Positions 10,700 to 20,711 of a DNA stretch of 64,000 nt are shown one piece after another (the stretch's first letter is position 1; each line of letters opens with the position of its first letter). Location of the stretch: positions 489,251 through 553,250 of the forward strand of contig CBDHGZ010000004.1 of NCBI GenBank assembly GCA_965263315.1. Reading direction: 5' to 3'. Source of the stretch: Lacipirellulaceae bacterium (GTDB lineage Bacteria; Planctomycetota; Planctomycetia; Pirellulales; Lacipirellulaceae). The notes below the pieces were generated by a model. That model did no database searches, was not told the origin of the DNA, and worked only from the letters and a program-made list of their open reading frames with translations. The translations under genes and the position numbers were made by a program.

Positions 10700-11957
10700 A
10701 GCGGGCGGCCCTCCTCGTGACGTTGGCTTGGATCACGGCGTAATCGATAAGCGGCGCCATCACGTTGCCAAACAAAATGGCCAGCATGATGCCCTCCGGA
10801 AATGCGGGATTGATCACCCGAATCAAGATTGTCATCACACCGATCAACCCCCCGTACCACCACTTGCCGGTTTCCGTCATGGAAGCGGATACCGGGTCGG
10901 TGGCCATGAAGACCGTCCCAAAGGCGAAGCCGCCGATAACCAAATGCCAAAGTGGCGAGATGTGGGTCATCGGGTTGTCGGAAAGGTCGCGGAAGGCCCA
11001 GAGCACGGTGGACATCGCGAGGGCGCCGGCGACAACTCCCGCCATGATCCGCCAGGATCCAATTCCCGTGGCGATCAGCAACCCAGCGCCAAGCAAGCAG
11101 GCTAGCGTGGAGGTTTCTCCCATTGATCCCGGGATCGTGCCGAGGAAGTTTTGCATGAAGCTTAGCCCGTTGGTCGATGCCGCTTCGGCGGCCGTGCCGA
11201 TCGCGGCGGTCGACATGCCAGTGAGCGTGGTGGCGCCGGTGTAGCCATCGGCTTTAACGGCAGTCCAGACCTTGTCGCCAGAGAGGAACGACGCATGGGC
11301 AAAGTACAGGAAAGCCCGGCCTGTGAGGGCGGGATTGAGGAAGTTTTTACCCGTACCGCCGAAGATCTCTTTGCCAATAACGACGCCGAAGGCAATGCCC
11401 AGAGCGACCTGCCACAGCGGAATCGTGGGGGGCAAAGTCAGCGGAAACAGGGCGCCGGTCACGAGAAAGCCTTCGTTGATCTCGTGACCTCGGACCGTGG
11501 AGAAGACCGCTTCTAAGTTGCCGCCTACTGCCATCGTTACGATGTACACCGGCAAGAAGAACAACAGGCCGTGCACCAAGTTGGAGAGCTGATTAGCGGG
11601 GTCATAGGGCAAACCGATTTGCTGCATGATCCAATCGCGATCGTCCAACCCGCCCAGGCCTAGGCCCGTGATGGAGCCGTCGAAAGGCTCGGCGCCATAC
11701 TCGTGGATCGCCAAGTTTGCTTGATAACCGGTGTTCCAGACGGCCATGAAGAAGCAGGGCCCCAGGGCGATGACCACCATGATCATCATCCGCTTCATAT
11801 CGAGGCTATCGCGAACATGGGCGCCCGCTTTGGTCACCTCGCCGGGCGTGTAGAGAAACGTATCGATCGCTTCATAAAGAGGATAGAGCTTCTCGAGCTT
11901 ACCCCCCTCTTTGAATAGCGGTTCGACCGCGTCGAGTTGGTTGCGTAGGAGTTTCAT
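10689..11957 (-). CDS. nqrB: Na+-translocating NADH:quinone oxidoreductase subunit B
   Basis: 422 aa polytopic membrane protein of the NqrB/RnfD family; overlaps nqrC by 11 nt. Confidence 0.9.
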   Translation of the reverse strand: MKLLRNQLDAVEPLFKEGGKLEKLYPLYEAIDTFLYTPGEVTKAGAHVRDSLDMKRMMIMVVIALGPCFFMAVWNTGYQANLAIHEYGAEPFDGSITGLGLGGLDDRDWIMQQIGLPYDPANQLSNLVHGLLFFLPVYIVTMAVGGNLEAVFSTVRGHEINEGFLVTGALFPLTLPPTIPLWQVALGIAFGVVIGKEIFGGTGKNFLNPALTGRAFLYFAHASFLSGDKVWTAVKADGYTGATTLTGMSTAAIGTAAEAASTNGLSFMQNFLGTIPGSMGETSTLACLLGAGLLIATGIGSWRIMAGVVAGALAMSTVLWAFRDLSDNPMTHISPLWHLVIGGFAFGTVFMATDPVSASMTETGKWWYGGLIGVMTILIRVINPAFPEGIMLAILFGNVMAPLIDYAVIQANVTRRAARYVA

Positions 11958-12016
11958 GTCTTCGTGGTTCGTGACAGGCGGCTCGTGACTGGTGGCACGT
12001 GACCCGAGCGGGGGGG

Positions 12017-13384
12017 TTATCCCTCGTGTTCAATCGTGGTCAGGCTTTTTCGCAGCATGGGCCCATAGTCGTTCTTGCCGGGGCAAACAAAGGTGCAAAG
12101 CCCCAGGTCCTCTTCATCCAGTTCTAGACAACCGAGCAACTGGGCCGAGTCGGTATCTTGAACGCAGAGCGCTTTTAGGAGCGGCGTGGGGATGATGTCG
12201 AGCGGCATTACCTTCTCGTACATCCCCATCGGCACGATGGCTCGGTGGCTACCTTCGGTGGAGGTTGTGAACTTCCAGCGACGTGACGCAGAGCTAAGCC
12301 ATGCCGAGGCAAAAACGGGCTTGATCGAAAACCGGTCGAAGCCGGGCAACATCCAACCAATCAAATCGCGGTGATCGCCTTCGGCCAAGAGCGAGACCTG
12401 GGTGTGACGACGGCCGAGAAAATCGGTGGGAGCGTGACTCTTGCGGCCCGACAAGACCGACCCGGAGACGACGCGGACCGTTTGCCCTTCTTTGACGGAC
12501 GTCTCACCGGCGGTGAGTTCCGTGAGCGAGGCGCCTAGCTGGGTGCGAACCAGTCGGGGGCTGGCGGCAGCAGGGCCGCCCAGGGCCACGATTCGCTCAA
12601 CGATGAGCCGGCCGGTGAGCATCAATCGGCCGATTGCGATAACGTCTTGGTAGCCGATATGCCAAACGGTGCGTTCCATGCTTGCCGGGGCGAGCATGTG
12701 GATGTGCGTGCCTGCCAGGCCGGCCGGATGGGGGCCGGCAAACTCCGCGACTTCGACACAGCCAAGGTCTTCGCCTGGAATCGTCGCGCCGGTCGCCTTA
12801 CACAGATAGGTGGCGCCGTCGGTAAGGGTGCTCAATGCCTGGAGGCCCGCCATAAAATCGCCGGCCGCTTCCTGGATCACCGCGGCCGGATCGGCGGCAA
12901 GCGGATTGGTGTCGATGGCGGTGACAAAGATCGCGTGCGGTCGCGAGCCAGGCGCCGGAACCTTGCTGTAGGGCCGGGTCTGCAGGGCGGTCCACAGGCC
13001 AGACTCGATCAAGTTGCTTTCAACTTGCTCGGCAGGGAGCTGCGCGAGGTTCTGGTCCGGGTAAGACGCAAACGTGACTTCCTCGTTGCCCTCTAGAGCA
13101 ATAACAATGGACTGGAAGGCTCGCTTCGCGCCACGGTTAACGGCAACCACCTTGCCACAGCCGGGCGAGGTGAACTTAACGCCTGGAGTCTTCTTGTCTG
13201 TGAAAAGAACTTGGCCAATCTTGACCGAGTCGCCCTCGGCGACTTCCATCGTCGGCTTCATGCCGATGTAGTCTTCGGCAACCAGGCCAACGTGCTGAAT
13301 CAGCGGACCTTGATTGATTGCCGACTTAGGTTCGCCCGCAATGGGGATGTCGAGACCTTTGCTGATCTGAAAAGTTCTGGTCAT
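12017..13384 (-). CDS. nqrA: Na+-translocating NADH:quinone oxidoreductase subunit A
   Basis: 455 aa soluble subunit; N-terminus [19 protein letters not shown] typical of NqrA. First gene of the operon. Confidence 0.9.
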   Translation of the reverse strand: MTRTFQISKGLDIPIAGEPKSAINQGPLIQHVGLVAEDYIGMKPTMEVAEGDSVKIGQVLFTDKKTPGVKFTSPGCGKVVAVNRGAKRAFQSIVIALEGNEEVTFASYPDQNLAQLPAEQVESNLIESGLWTALQTRPYSKVPAPGSRPHAIFVTAIDTNPLAADPAAVIQEAAGDFMAGLQALSTLTDGATYLCKATGATIPGEDLGCVEVAEFAGPHPAGLAGTHIHMLAPASMERTVWHIGYQDVIAIGRLMLTGRLIVERIVALGGPAAASPRLVRTQLGASLTELTAGETSVKEGQTVRVVSGSVLSGRKSHAPTDFLGRRHTQVSLLAEGDHRDLIGWMLPGFDRFSIKPVFASAWLSSASRRWKFTTSTEGSHRAIVPMGMYEKVMPLDIIPTPLLKALCVQDTDSAQLLGCLELDEEDLGLCTFVCPGKNDYGPMLRKSLTTIEHEG

Positions 13385-13488
13385 GTGTTCTTGCGTTAGG
13401 GGCGGCCGGTTGGTCGCAAGAGCGGGGCCGTCGGCCGGGGCCGCGCCTCGGTACCGAAGTAAAGATCGTCAGCCGGCGGACAATGAAT

Positions 13489-13504
13489 TGTGAAGATTTT
13501 CACA
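13489..13504. promoter_or_regulatory. CRP/FNR-family consensus binding palindrome TGTGA-N6-TCACA upstream of the nqr operon
   Basis: TGTGAAGATTTTCACA is a perfect match to the CRP half-sites, inside an AT-rich stretch about 105 nt upstream of the nqrA start codon. Confidence 0.5.
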
Positions 13505-13683
13505 AATTCGATGCTACGTCAATGGTAGTAAGGGTTTTTTGTCTGTCGTAACCCGCGGGAATGCGGTGGTCCGCAGGCTTAGGGGTGGGCCGTGGTGGCG
13601 TGCGTCCGCGGGGACTCGCGGAGGGGCGTGTCTATGGCTGACTACTCTCGAACGACTCTTCCTAGGACATAACCTCCCTGCCG

Positions 13684-13724
13684 ACGGATGGGCCCTACGG
13701 ATGGGCCCTGCCGACGGATGGGCC
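13684..13724. repeat. tandem direct repeat (ACGGATGGGCCCT x2 plus a partial third copy) in the nqrA-sucC divergent intergenic region
   Basis: Read directly from the sequence: ccgACGGATGGGCCCTACGGATGGGCCCTgccgACGGATGGGCCagcc. Confidence 0.6.
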
Positions 13725-14000
13725 AGCCTTTGGGAAAGCCACGGCCGTTTGCAGCACTGTTTGGTTCCTGAAGATGATAGACGAATTCTGCAGCGCAGCA
13801 ATGAGACGATTACCCGTAGCGGGCGAAAGATCGCGTTTTCCTCTATTGAGTTTGGGGCTCGCCGCTCGGTTGCCGTGAAGTCTGGGTTTTTGCAGGGGGT
13901 GGCCCGTTGAAGCTTTTGACAACCCGCGCCTATACTCCGGCGTCGCCTTGTCGAAGCGGCATCAATCAGGCATCAGAGAATCCCCGAGTTAAGCCCACCG

Positions 14001-15187
14001 ATGAACATTCACGAGTTCCAAGCCAAGCAGCTCTTTCGCGAATACGGGATCTCTGTTCCCGAAGGGATTGTGGCCACCACAGGCGAAGAGGCGGCGGCTG
14101 CCTTCGAAAAGCTAGCGGGGGCGATTGCCGTGGTGAAGTCGCAGATCCATGCCGGCGGTCGTGGCAAGGGAACCATCAAAGGAACCGATCAGCACGGGGT
14201 GGAACTAGTCAAGTCGGCTGACGACGCGCGTCGCGTGGCCGATGCCCTACTTGGAGGCGAGTTGGTAACCATCCAGACCGGTCCATCTGGTCAGACCGTC
14301 CGTCAGGTCCTGGTTGAGCAAGGTTGCGACATCGCTAGGGAGTTGTACCTAGGCATCGTGGTTGACCGAGCAGCGGGCAAGCCCGTCTTGATGGTCAGCA
14401 CCGAAGGCGGCATGGACATTGAGAAGGTGGCCGAAGAGACGCCCGAACTGATTCACACCGCAGCCTTCGACCCCGACGCGGGCCTACAGCCCTATCAAGT
14501 ACGGTCCTTGGCCAAGAAGCTGGGCCTGGAAGGCCCGGCTGCAAAGGCAGCTGGCAAGTTCTTCGGTGGCATTTGCAAGCTGTTTGTGGAAAGCGATTGC
14601 AGCCTGGCTGAAATCAATCCGCTGGTCGTCACGGGCGATGGCGCGTTGATGGCGCTGGACGGCAAAATGAACTTTGACGAGAACGCCTTGTTTCGTCACC
14701 CAAACATCGCCGAATTGCGTGACAAGTCTGAAGAGGATGCCAACGAACTTCGTGCCGGCGAGGCGGGGCTTAGCTACGTGCAACTGGAAGGCAACATTGG
14801 TTGCCTCGTCAACGGGGCCGGGTTGGCGATGAGCACCATGGATATCGTCAACTACACGGTGGCCAGCCGGCGAACTTCCTCGACGTGGGCGGTGGCGCCA
14901 ACAAGGATCAGGTGACCGAGGCCTTTAGAATCTTGTTGGGCGATGAGAATGTCAAAGCGGTTCTGGTAAACATCTTCGGCGGAATCATGCAGTGCACGAC
15001 GATCGCCAATGCGGTGCTGGCCGCCTACAAGGAAGTTGGCTTCAATGTGCCGCTGGTTGTGCGACTCGAAGGGACTGAAGTGGAAGAAGGTCGCAGGATT
15101 CTGGCTGAGAGCGACGTGGATATCATCACGGCCGAAGGCCTGACTGACGCTGCCAAGAAAGTTGTCCAGGCGGCCACCGCCGCCTAG
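14001..15187 (+). pseudogene. sucC: succinate--CoA ligase (ADP-forming) beta subunit, interrupted by an apparent single-nucleotide deletion near 14850 (genuine frameshift or sequencing error)
   Basis: ORF 14001-14915 is SucC through ...[13 protein letters not shown], then reads out of frame. ORF 14801-15187 in the +1 frame continues [25 protein letters not shown]... to the normal C-terminus. Inserting one nt after gtcaa restores the conserved MDIVKLHGG motif. Confidence 0.75.
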
Positions 15188-15283
15188 CGGTTAGTGATGA
15201 GCCAAGTGGTCTTGCTACGGACCCGCTGGCCCGCGCCGCGTTCTGCTAATCGCCCCAACAACTAACCGTGAAGAGCTTTCAAG

Positions 15284-16174
15284 ATGTCCATTCTCGTAAA
15301 CAAAGAAACCCGTCTCATTTGCCAAGGCATTACGGGAAAAGCGGGTGAGTTCCACAGCAAGAACTGCCAAGAGTATGGCACCGCTTTGGTTGGTGGCGTA
15401 ACGCCCGGCAAGGGCGGGCAAACGGTCCTCAATGTCCCTGTGTTCGACACGGTTGGCGAAGCGGTAGAGAAAGCGGGCGCCACGGCGAGCATGATTTTTG
15501 TGCCACCACCTTTTACCGCCGATGCGATCCTTGAAGCGGCCGATGCAGGCATCGAAGTGATTTGCGCCATCACCGAGGGCGTACCGGTGCTCGATATGGT
15601 GCGCGTCAAACGGGAATTAGATGCACGTGTGGCGGCAGGTCAGAAAGTAAGGCTGGTGGGGCCTAACTGTCCTGGGGTCATCACGCCCGAAGAGTGCAAG
15701 ATTGGCATCATGCCGGGCTACATCCACAAGAAGGGCCCTGTTGGCTTGATCAGTCGCAGCGGCACGCTCACGTACGAAGGCGTTTGGCAGCTAACCAATT
15801 TGGGGCTGGGCCAGTCAACGTGCGTAGGAATCGGCGGCGACCCGGTCAACGGAACCAACTTTATTGATTGCCTGGAACTCTTCCAGGCCGATGGCGACAC
15901 CGAAGCCATCCTAATGATGGGTGAGATTGGCGGTACGGCCGAAGAGGAAGCAGCCGCCTACATCAAAGAACATGTCACCAAGCCTGTCGCCGCTTTCATT
16001 GCCGGCCGCACGGCTCCTCCCGGCAAGCGAATGGGCCACGCCGGCGCCATCATCTCTGGCGGCAAGGGAACCGCAGACGATAAGATCGCCGCGTTGCAAG
16101 ACGCCGGTATCGAAATCGCGGAAAGCCCCGCCGATATGGGCGCCGCGCTCAAGCGAGCCATGGAGAAAGCGTAA
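15284..16174 (+). CDS. sucD: succinate--CoA ligase alpha subunit
   Basis: 296 aa, conserved CoA-binding N-terminus ([11 protein letters not shown]) and phosphohistidine region. Confidence 0.9.
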   Translation: MSILVNKETRLICQGITGKAGEFHSKNCQEYGTALVGGVTPGKGGQTVLNVPVFDTVGEAVEKAGATASMIFVPPPFTADAILEAADAGIEVICAITEGVPVLDMVRVKRELDARVAAGQKVRLVGPNCPGVITPEECKIGIMPGYIHKKGPVGLISRSGTLTYEGVWQLTNLGLGQSTCVGIGGDPVNGTNFIDCLELFQADGDTEAILMMGEIGGTAEEEAAAYIKEHVTKPVAAFIAGRTAPPGKRMGHAGAIISGGKGTADDKIAALQDAGIEIAESPADMGAALKRAMEKA

Positions 16175-16200
16175 GCATCAAGCTCAGCTAGGTATCCGGG

Positions 16201-17547
16201 CTAGGAAGCGTGCTGTAGTTCCTGAGCTTGCTGTTCGTTCTGCTCTTGCTCTCGGCTCTTTTTGTAAGACCGCCAATCTTTGCCAACGATCAGCCTTGCG
16301 CCGCGGCGGAAGGTCAGAAACGACCAGGCCCAGCTCATCACGACGAACAGCCGGTTGCGGAAGCCGGTAAGGAAGAAGACGTGAACCACGAGCCAAACCA
16401 GCCATGCAAAAAAACCGGCAAAGCGGAACTTGCCGACCTCGGCAATCGCCCGGCTGCGGCCGATAGTGGCCATTTGGCCCTTGTCATGAAACTTGAACGT
16501 CTCACGTGGTTTGCCGGCGATTTCATCCCGGATCGTCTGGGCGACAAACTTCCCCTGCTGAACGGCCACCGGTGCCTGTCCTGGTAGTTGTTTGCCCGTC
16601 TCGGGATCGACAAAGGCACACTGATCGCCCGCGACAAAGACGTTTGGCAAGCCAGGTGCTGAAAGATCTTGCTCAACGATCACTCGACCAGCACGGTCGC
16701 ACTCCAGACCGGTCGATTTGCCCAGCGAAGATGCCTTAACCCCAGCTGCCCAAAGGACCGTAGAAGAGCGGATTCTCTCACCGGCCAGCTCGACGCCTTC
16801 GGCGTCGATATTTGTCACTTTGCTGGACGTCCATACCTGCACGCCCAGTTGTTCAAGAAAACGCATCGCCTTGGCCGACAGCTTCTCGTCGAACATCGGC
16901 AGAATGCGAGGGCCAGCCTCGATGAGAATCACACGGGCCGATCGCGCGTTGATGTGGTGGAAGTCGCGGGCCAAGGTGAACCGACTCATTTCGCCGATCG
17001 ACCCAGCAAGCTCCACGCCAGTCGGTCCGCCTCCGACAATCACAAACGTTAAATGCTTCTTGCGGTCGTCAGCGTCTTCACAAAGCTCCGCTTGTTCGAA
17101 CGACAGCAACACCCGTCGGCGGATCTCAGTAGCCTGCTCAATGGTCTTCAAGCCCGGGGCGTGTTGTTCCCACTCCTCGCGACCAAAGTAGCCGTGCATG
17201 GCGCCACAAGCCAGCATCAAGTAGTCGTACTCTTCCGGTCCGTGGTTGGTGTCGAGCCGCTGGTTTTGATAATCGACGCCAGTGACTTCGCTACAGACCA
17301 CCTCGACGTTGTCTGCATTCGAGAGGATGCCTCGAATCGGAGCAGCAATGTCCGCGGGGCTGAGGCCGGCCATCGCCACCTGGTACAGCAAGGGCTGGAA
17401 GAGATGATGGTTGCGCTTGTCAATTAGGGTCACGTGAACCGAATCGGCGTCGGCAAGCTGCTTGGCGGCGGAGAGGCCGGCAAAACCTCCGCCAACAATC
17501 ACAACACGCTTTTTGCTGGTTCGGTGGCGGTCTTGAGTCATGGACAA
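16201..17547 (-). CDS. ndh: type II NADH dehydrogenase (NDH-2), FAD-containing, with C-terminal membrane-anchor extension
   Basis: VVIVGGGFAGLSAAKQL Rossmann motif, second dinucleotide fold, hydrophobic C-terminal tail; 448 aa. Confidence 0.85.
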   Translation of the reverse strand: MSMTQDRHRTSKKRVVIVGGGFAGLSAAKQLADADSVHVTLIDKRNHHLFQPLLYQVAMAGLSPADIAAPIRGILSNADNVEVVCSEVTGVDYQNQRLDTNHGPEEYDYLMLACGAMHGYFGREEWEQHAPGLKTIEQATEIRRRVLLSFEQAELCEDADDRKKHLTFVIVGGGPTGVELAGSIGEMSRFTLARDFHHINARSARVILIEAGPRILPMFDEKLSAKAMRFLEQLGVQVWTSSKVTNIDAEGVELAGERIRSSTVLWAAGVKASSLGKSTGLECDRAGRVIVEQDLSAPGLPNVFVAGDQCAFVDPETGKQLPGQAPVAVQQGKFVAQTIRDEIAGKPRETFKFHDKGQMATIGRSRAIAEVGKFRFAGFFAWLVWLVVHVFFLTGFRNRLFVVMSWAWSFLTFRRGARLIVGKDWRSYKKSREQEQNEQQAQELQHAS

Positions 17548-17667
17548 GGTTTCCGCAGTTGGGCCAGTTTACCAGGCAGGTTCGCCAGGGTTCTGACACG
17601 GGTAGGTGCGCAGGAGGGGAGCGCGGGGTGGGATCGCGAGGGCATTTAGCCTCGTGTCCTTCCATGC

Positions 17668-17673
17668 TAGAAT
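17668..17673 (+). promoter_or_regulatory. candidate extended -10 element (TGcTAGAAT) upstream of tRNA-Val
   Basis: TGCTAGAAT 57 nt upstream of the tRNA, with a TTAGCC -35-like hexamer 16 nt further upstream. Sequence-only guess. Confidence 0.2.
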
Positions 17674-17729
17674 GCCACGGCAAGGCTTGGTAGTCCTTTT
17701 CCCAGGGCTCGCGCGGCCCTGCTACCCTA

Positions 17730-17805
<76 letters not shown>

Positions 17806-18044
17806 TTTTCTCTCTGCCCCCCTCGCATACGAGGCAATTCTCGCTGCCATCTGCGGCTGGCATCCGTGCCCCTACCAAGGGTTTCAGAACTCGACAGATG
17901 AAGAACGCGATAAAGCGCAGCGGTGATGTAGCGGCCCCACCAGCTGCTACCGGCAATGCTGATCCAGGCGTGATTTCTTGTAACCGTCACGGGAACTCGA
18001 GATTGGAATCCCGTCTGCGAAGAAGTCAAGTTCGGCAGAAGAAG

Positions 18045-18118
18045 TGACCCCGGCGGGATTCGAACCCACAACCTTCGGCTTCGGAGGCCGACGCGCTATC
18101 CAGTTGTGCCACGGAGTC
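18045..18118 (-). tRNA. tRNA-Arg (anticodon CCG)
   Basis: Minus-strand cloverleaf: acceptor GACTCCG/CGGGGTC (one G-U), anticodon stem TCGGC/GCCGA with loop CTCCGAA, T-loop GGTTCGAATCC. Confidence 0.8.
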
Positions 18119-18248
18119 GGGTAACTTGGCAGCGTATCTCATGCCTGGCAGACCTGCAACGGGTTGCTGGTAGTGCGATGGCGAGAGTAAGGTCTCTTGC
18201 GAATGCTACAGCGCCGCGGTTCGCCCTCGCCAGAGCTATGGAGTTTCG

Positions 18249-18947
18249 ATGCCCGCCAAGCAGACCTTTCCTGGCTTTCCTTTAGGCTTGTTGCACTTTC
18301 TCGAAGAGCTTTCCCGCAACAACCACAAGAAGTGGTTCGACGCCAACAAGGCGCGGTACGAACGTGATGTCAGGGAGCCCGCCTTGGAGTTTGTCGCGGC
18401 AATGGCGGCGCCGTTGGGGAAGATCTCGCCCCATTTCCGGGCGGTCCCCAAGAAGGTGGGGGGCTCACTGATGCGGGTGCACCGCGACGTGCGATTCTCC
18501 AAGGACAAGACACCTTACAAGACCAACGTGGGCATCCAGTTTCGCCATGAGGCAGGCTGCGATGTCCACGCGCCGGGGTTCTACTTCCACATCGACACCG
18601 AGCAGGTGTTTCTTGGCGCCGGGGTTTGGCATCCCGAGTCCAAGGCCCTCAATGCCATTCGCGCGGCAATCGACGAAGACCCCCAGGCATGGAAGCGCGC
18701 TAAGGGTGGCAAAGCGTTTCGTGACCATTACGAGCTTTCAGGCGACAGTCTCAAGCGACCCCCGCGGGGATACGACACGGAACATCCGATGATTGAAGAT
18801 CTCAAGCGCAAGGACCACATTGCCATTTGTAAGCTGGATCATGACGTCTTGTTCGAGCCTGATTTGGTGAAGCAGGTGTCGGCCAGATTTCGCGCGAGCA
18901 AAGCCTACGTCCAGTTTCTATGCGAGGCGATTGGGGTCGCGTATTAG
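18249..18947 (+). CDS. DUF2461 (TIGR02453) family protein
   Basis: 232 aa; motifs LHFLEELSRNNHKKWFDANKARYE ... VHRDVRFSKDKTPYKTNVGIQF are characteristic of TIGR02453. Confidence 0.75.
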   Translation: MPAKQTFPGFPLGLLHFLEELSRNNHKKWFDANKARYERDVREPALEFVAAMAAPLGKISPHFRAVPKKVGGSLMRVHRDVRFSKDKTPYKTNVGIQFRHEAGCDVHAPGFYFHIDTEQVFLGAGVWHPESKALNAIRAAIDEDPQAWKRAKGGKAFRDHYELSGDSLKRPPRGYDTEHPMIEDLKRKDHIAICKLDHDVLFEPDLVKQVSARFRASKAYVQFLCEAIGVAY

Positions 18948-19042
18948 ACGTCGGCGTTTGCCGCTTGGTATAACGTAGGGACACGTCCTTCCTCTCCGCC
19001 CGCCGCATGAGCGTGGGTCCCGCCACTCGCAGGAGGTTCTCT

Positions 19043-19921
19043 ATGCGTAGCATTCAATGGCTGATGGTTTTTATCGCGGTGGGCAGTTTCTTCAGCCTGC
19101 GAAGTGCGACGGCCGAGCAAGCCGAATCGTGGAAACTCGTATGGTCAGACGAGTTCGATGTGGATGGCCGGCTTGATCCAGAGAAGTGGGGATACGAGCG
19201 TGGTTTTGTCCGCAATCGTGAGGTGCAGTGGTACCAGCCTGACAACGCGTTCTGCGAAGACGGCATGCTCGTGATCGAAGGCCGCCGAGAGGCTAAGCCA
19301 GTGCAGGTCAAACGCCGTGGCGAAGTGCGCACGGTGCAGACGCAGTACACCTCATCGAGCGTTACCACCTGGGGCAAATTTAGTTGGCTGTATGGCCGAC
19401 TCGAGGTGCGGGCCAAGATTGTGGCAGAGGAGGGGCTTTGGCCGGCGATTTGGACCCTGGGCGAGCGTGGCCGATGGCCGGCCAACGGCGAAGTTGACTT
19501 GATGGAGTATTACCACCATTCAATCCTCGCCAACGCCGCGTGGCGCGGCCAGAAGGATATCGTGTGGGACTCGGTGAAAAAGCCTATGGCTGATTTTGAC
19601 GCCGAGTGGGCTAAGGAGTTTCATATTTGGAGGATGGACTGGGATGCCAAGCGGATTGTCCTTTCCATTGACGATCAGGTGATTAACGAGATCGAGACCA
19701 CTGCTGCGAATCAAACGGCCGATCCCCCACCCTTCGCCCAGCCGCACTACTTGCTGCTCAACCTCGCTATCGGAGGAACCAATGGCGGCGATCCCGCGGC
19801 GGCAACCTATCCGTCCAGATATCTGGTGGACTACGTGCGGGTGTATCAAGCCGTTGAAGAATCTGGCGAGGCTCGATTGCCCTTGAGCCAGAATAGCGCC
19901 ACGATGTCGTATGCCGAGTGA
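19043..19921 (+). CDS. secreted glycoside hydrolase family 16 (laminarinase/beta-glucanase-like)
   Basis: Signal peptide MRSIQWLMVFIAVGSFFSLRSATA, catalytic E-x-D-x-x-E motif (GEVDLMEY) and the concanavalin-like fold pattern WPAIWTLG. Confidence 0.8.
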   Translation: MRSIQWLMVFIAVGSFFSLRSATAEQAESWKLVWSDEFDVDGRLDPEKWGYERGFVRNREVQWYQPDNAFCEDGMLVIEGRREAKPVQVKRRGEVRTVQTQYTSSSVTTWGKFSWLYGRLEVRAKIVAEEGLWPAIWTLGERGRWPANGEVDLMEYYHHSILANAAWRGQKDIVWDSVKKPMADFDAEWAKEFHIWRMDWDAKRIVLSIDDQVINEIETTAANQTADPPPFAQPHYLLLNLAIGGTNGGDPAAATYPSRYLVDYVRVYQAVEESGEARLPLSQNSATMSYAE

Positions 19922-20484
19922 GCGACGACGGCCGACACCACCTCACCTGACAACTGAGCCAGTGCCCCCAGGTAGAGCCCTCCCAGTGTGGCCACGGCAA
20001 CATACGCGCGGGACATGGGATGCGCCAGGCCAAACAGTACGCTTGCCGCCAGCACCCCTGCCCAAGGGCCTAGCCAACCGCCCAAGGCTGGTTGCAGGAC
20101 TCCCCGGAAGAGCATCTCTTCCCCCACTCCGGCAATGATCGCCAAGGCAAGAACCGTGGCGGGCGTGCTGTTGCCCACCAACCTACTGACCAGGTTCTGA
20201 GCGAGTTCCCGCAGTTCACTCAGGGGGCGCCAGGCGGCTCTCTGCAGGATGGCGAGGAACAGCACCATTGGCAGAGTGGCTAAGAGGCCGACGCCCACTG
20301 ACAGGAGAATTCGCCCCGTTGGGTTCAGTAAGTCGCCAAGCGAAACGTCAAACAGCCAGGCCAGCACGAAGGCCACCGGAACCAATGCTGCCTCGGCCGC
20401 GCAGGCTAGGAGCATCCGCTTGTGCGGGGATTCCTTTGCGGGGGTGCTGCAATCTTCCCCCGGTGGTTGGTTGTGATTTGTCAC
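19846..20484 (-). CDS. CPBP-family intramembrane metalloprotease (CAAX protease / Abi-like)
   Basis: Multi-TM protein with EExLFRG and downstream His motifs (GVGEEMLFRGVLQ ... FGLAHP). The 3' end overlaps the GH16 gene by 76 nt (convergent). Confidence 0.7.
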   Translation of the reverse strand: MTNHNQPPGEDCSTPAKESPHKRMLLACAAEAALVPVAFVLAWLFDVSLGDLLNPTGRILLSVGVGLLATLPMVLFLAILQRAAWRPLSELRELAQNLVSRLVGNSTPATVLALAIIAGVGEEMLFRGVLQPALGGWLGPWAGVLAASVLFGLAHPMSRAYVAVATLGGLYLGALAQLSGEVVSAVVAHSAYDIVALFWLKGNRASPDSSTA

Positions 20485-20711
20485 AAGTTGGACTGGGGAT
20501 TGGCTTTTCGGGCTGTTGGGCGGTTGACGGTTGTTACAGAGCGTAGCTACATTGCCGATTCATTTTGACGGCAATTCTGCAGCTCCAGCGGGGCGGACCT
20601 CCTCGGCAGCCGCTACTCGGGATGCCTTTCGCAGCCAGATTCCTTTCGGCTCGCGACCGCGCCGTCATTGATCATCCTCAGAACTCGACTCACGCGAAGG
20701 ACGAATCCGGC

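Noticed and set aside
13913-13933. TTGACA...TATACT hexamers upstream of sucC resembling a sigma70 promoter
   Set aside because: Spacer is only 9 nt, not the 16-18 nt required. Cannot be called a promoter from sequence alone.
17841-17858. Shared 12-16-mer CTCGC(TG)CCATCTGCGGC found downstream of tRNA-Val (17841) and downstream of the Dabb gene (55057)
   Set aside because: Too short to distinguish from chance in GC-rich DNA, and the flanks do not align. Noted only because both sit about 25-40 nt after a plus-strand feature.
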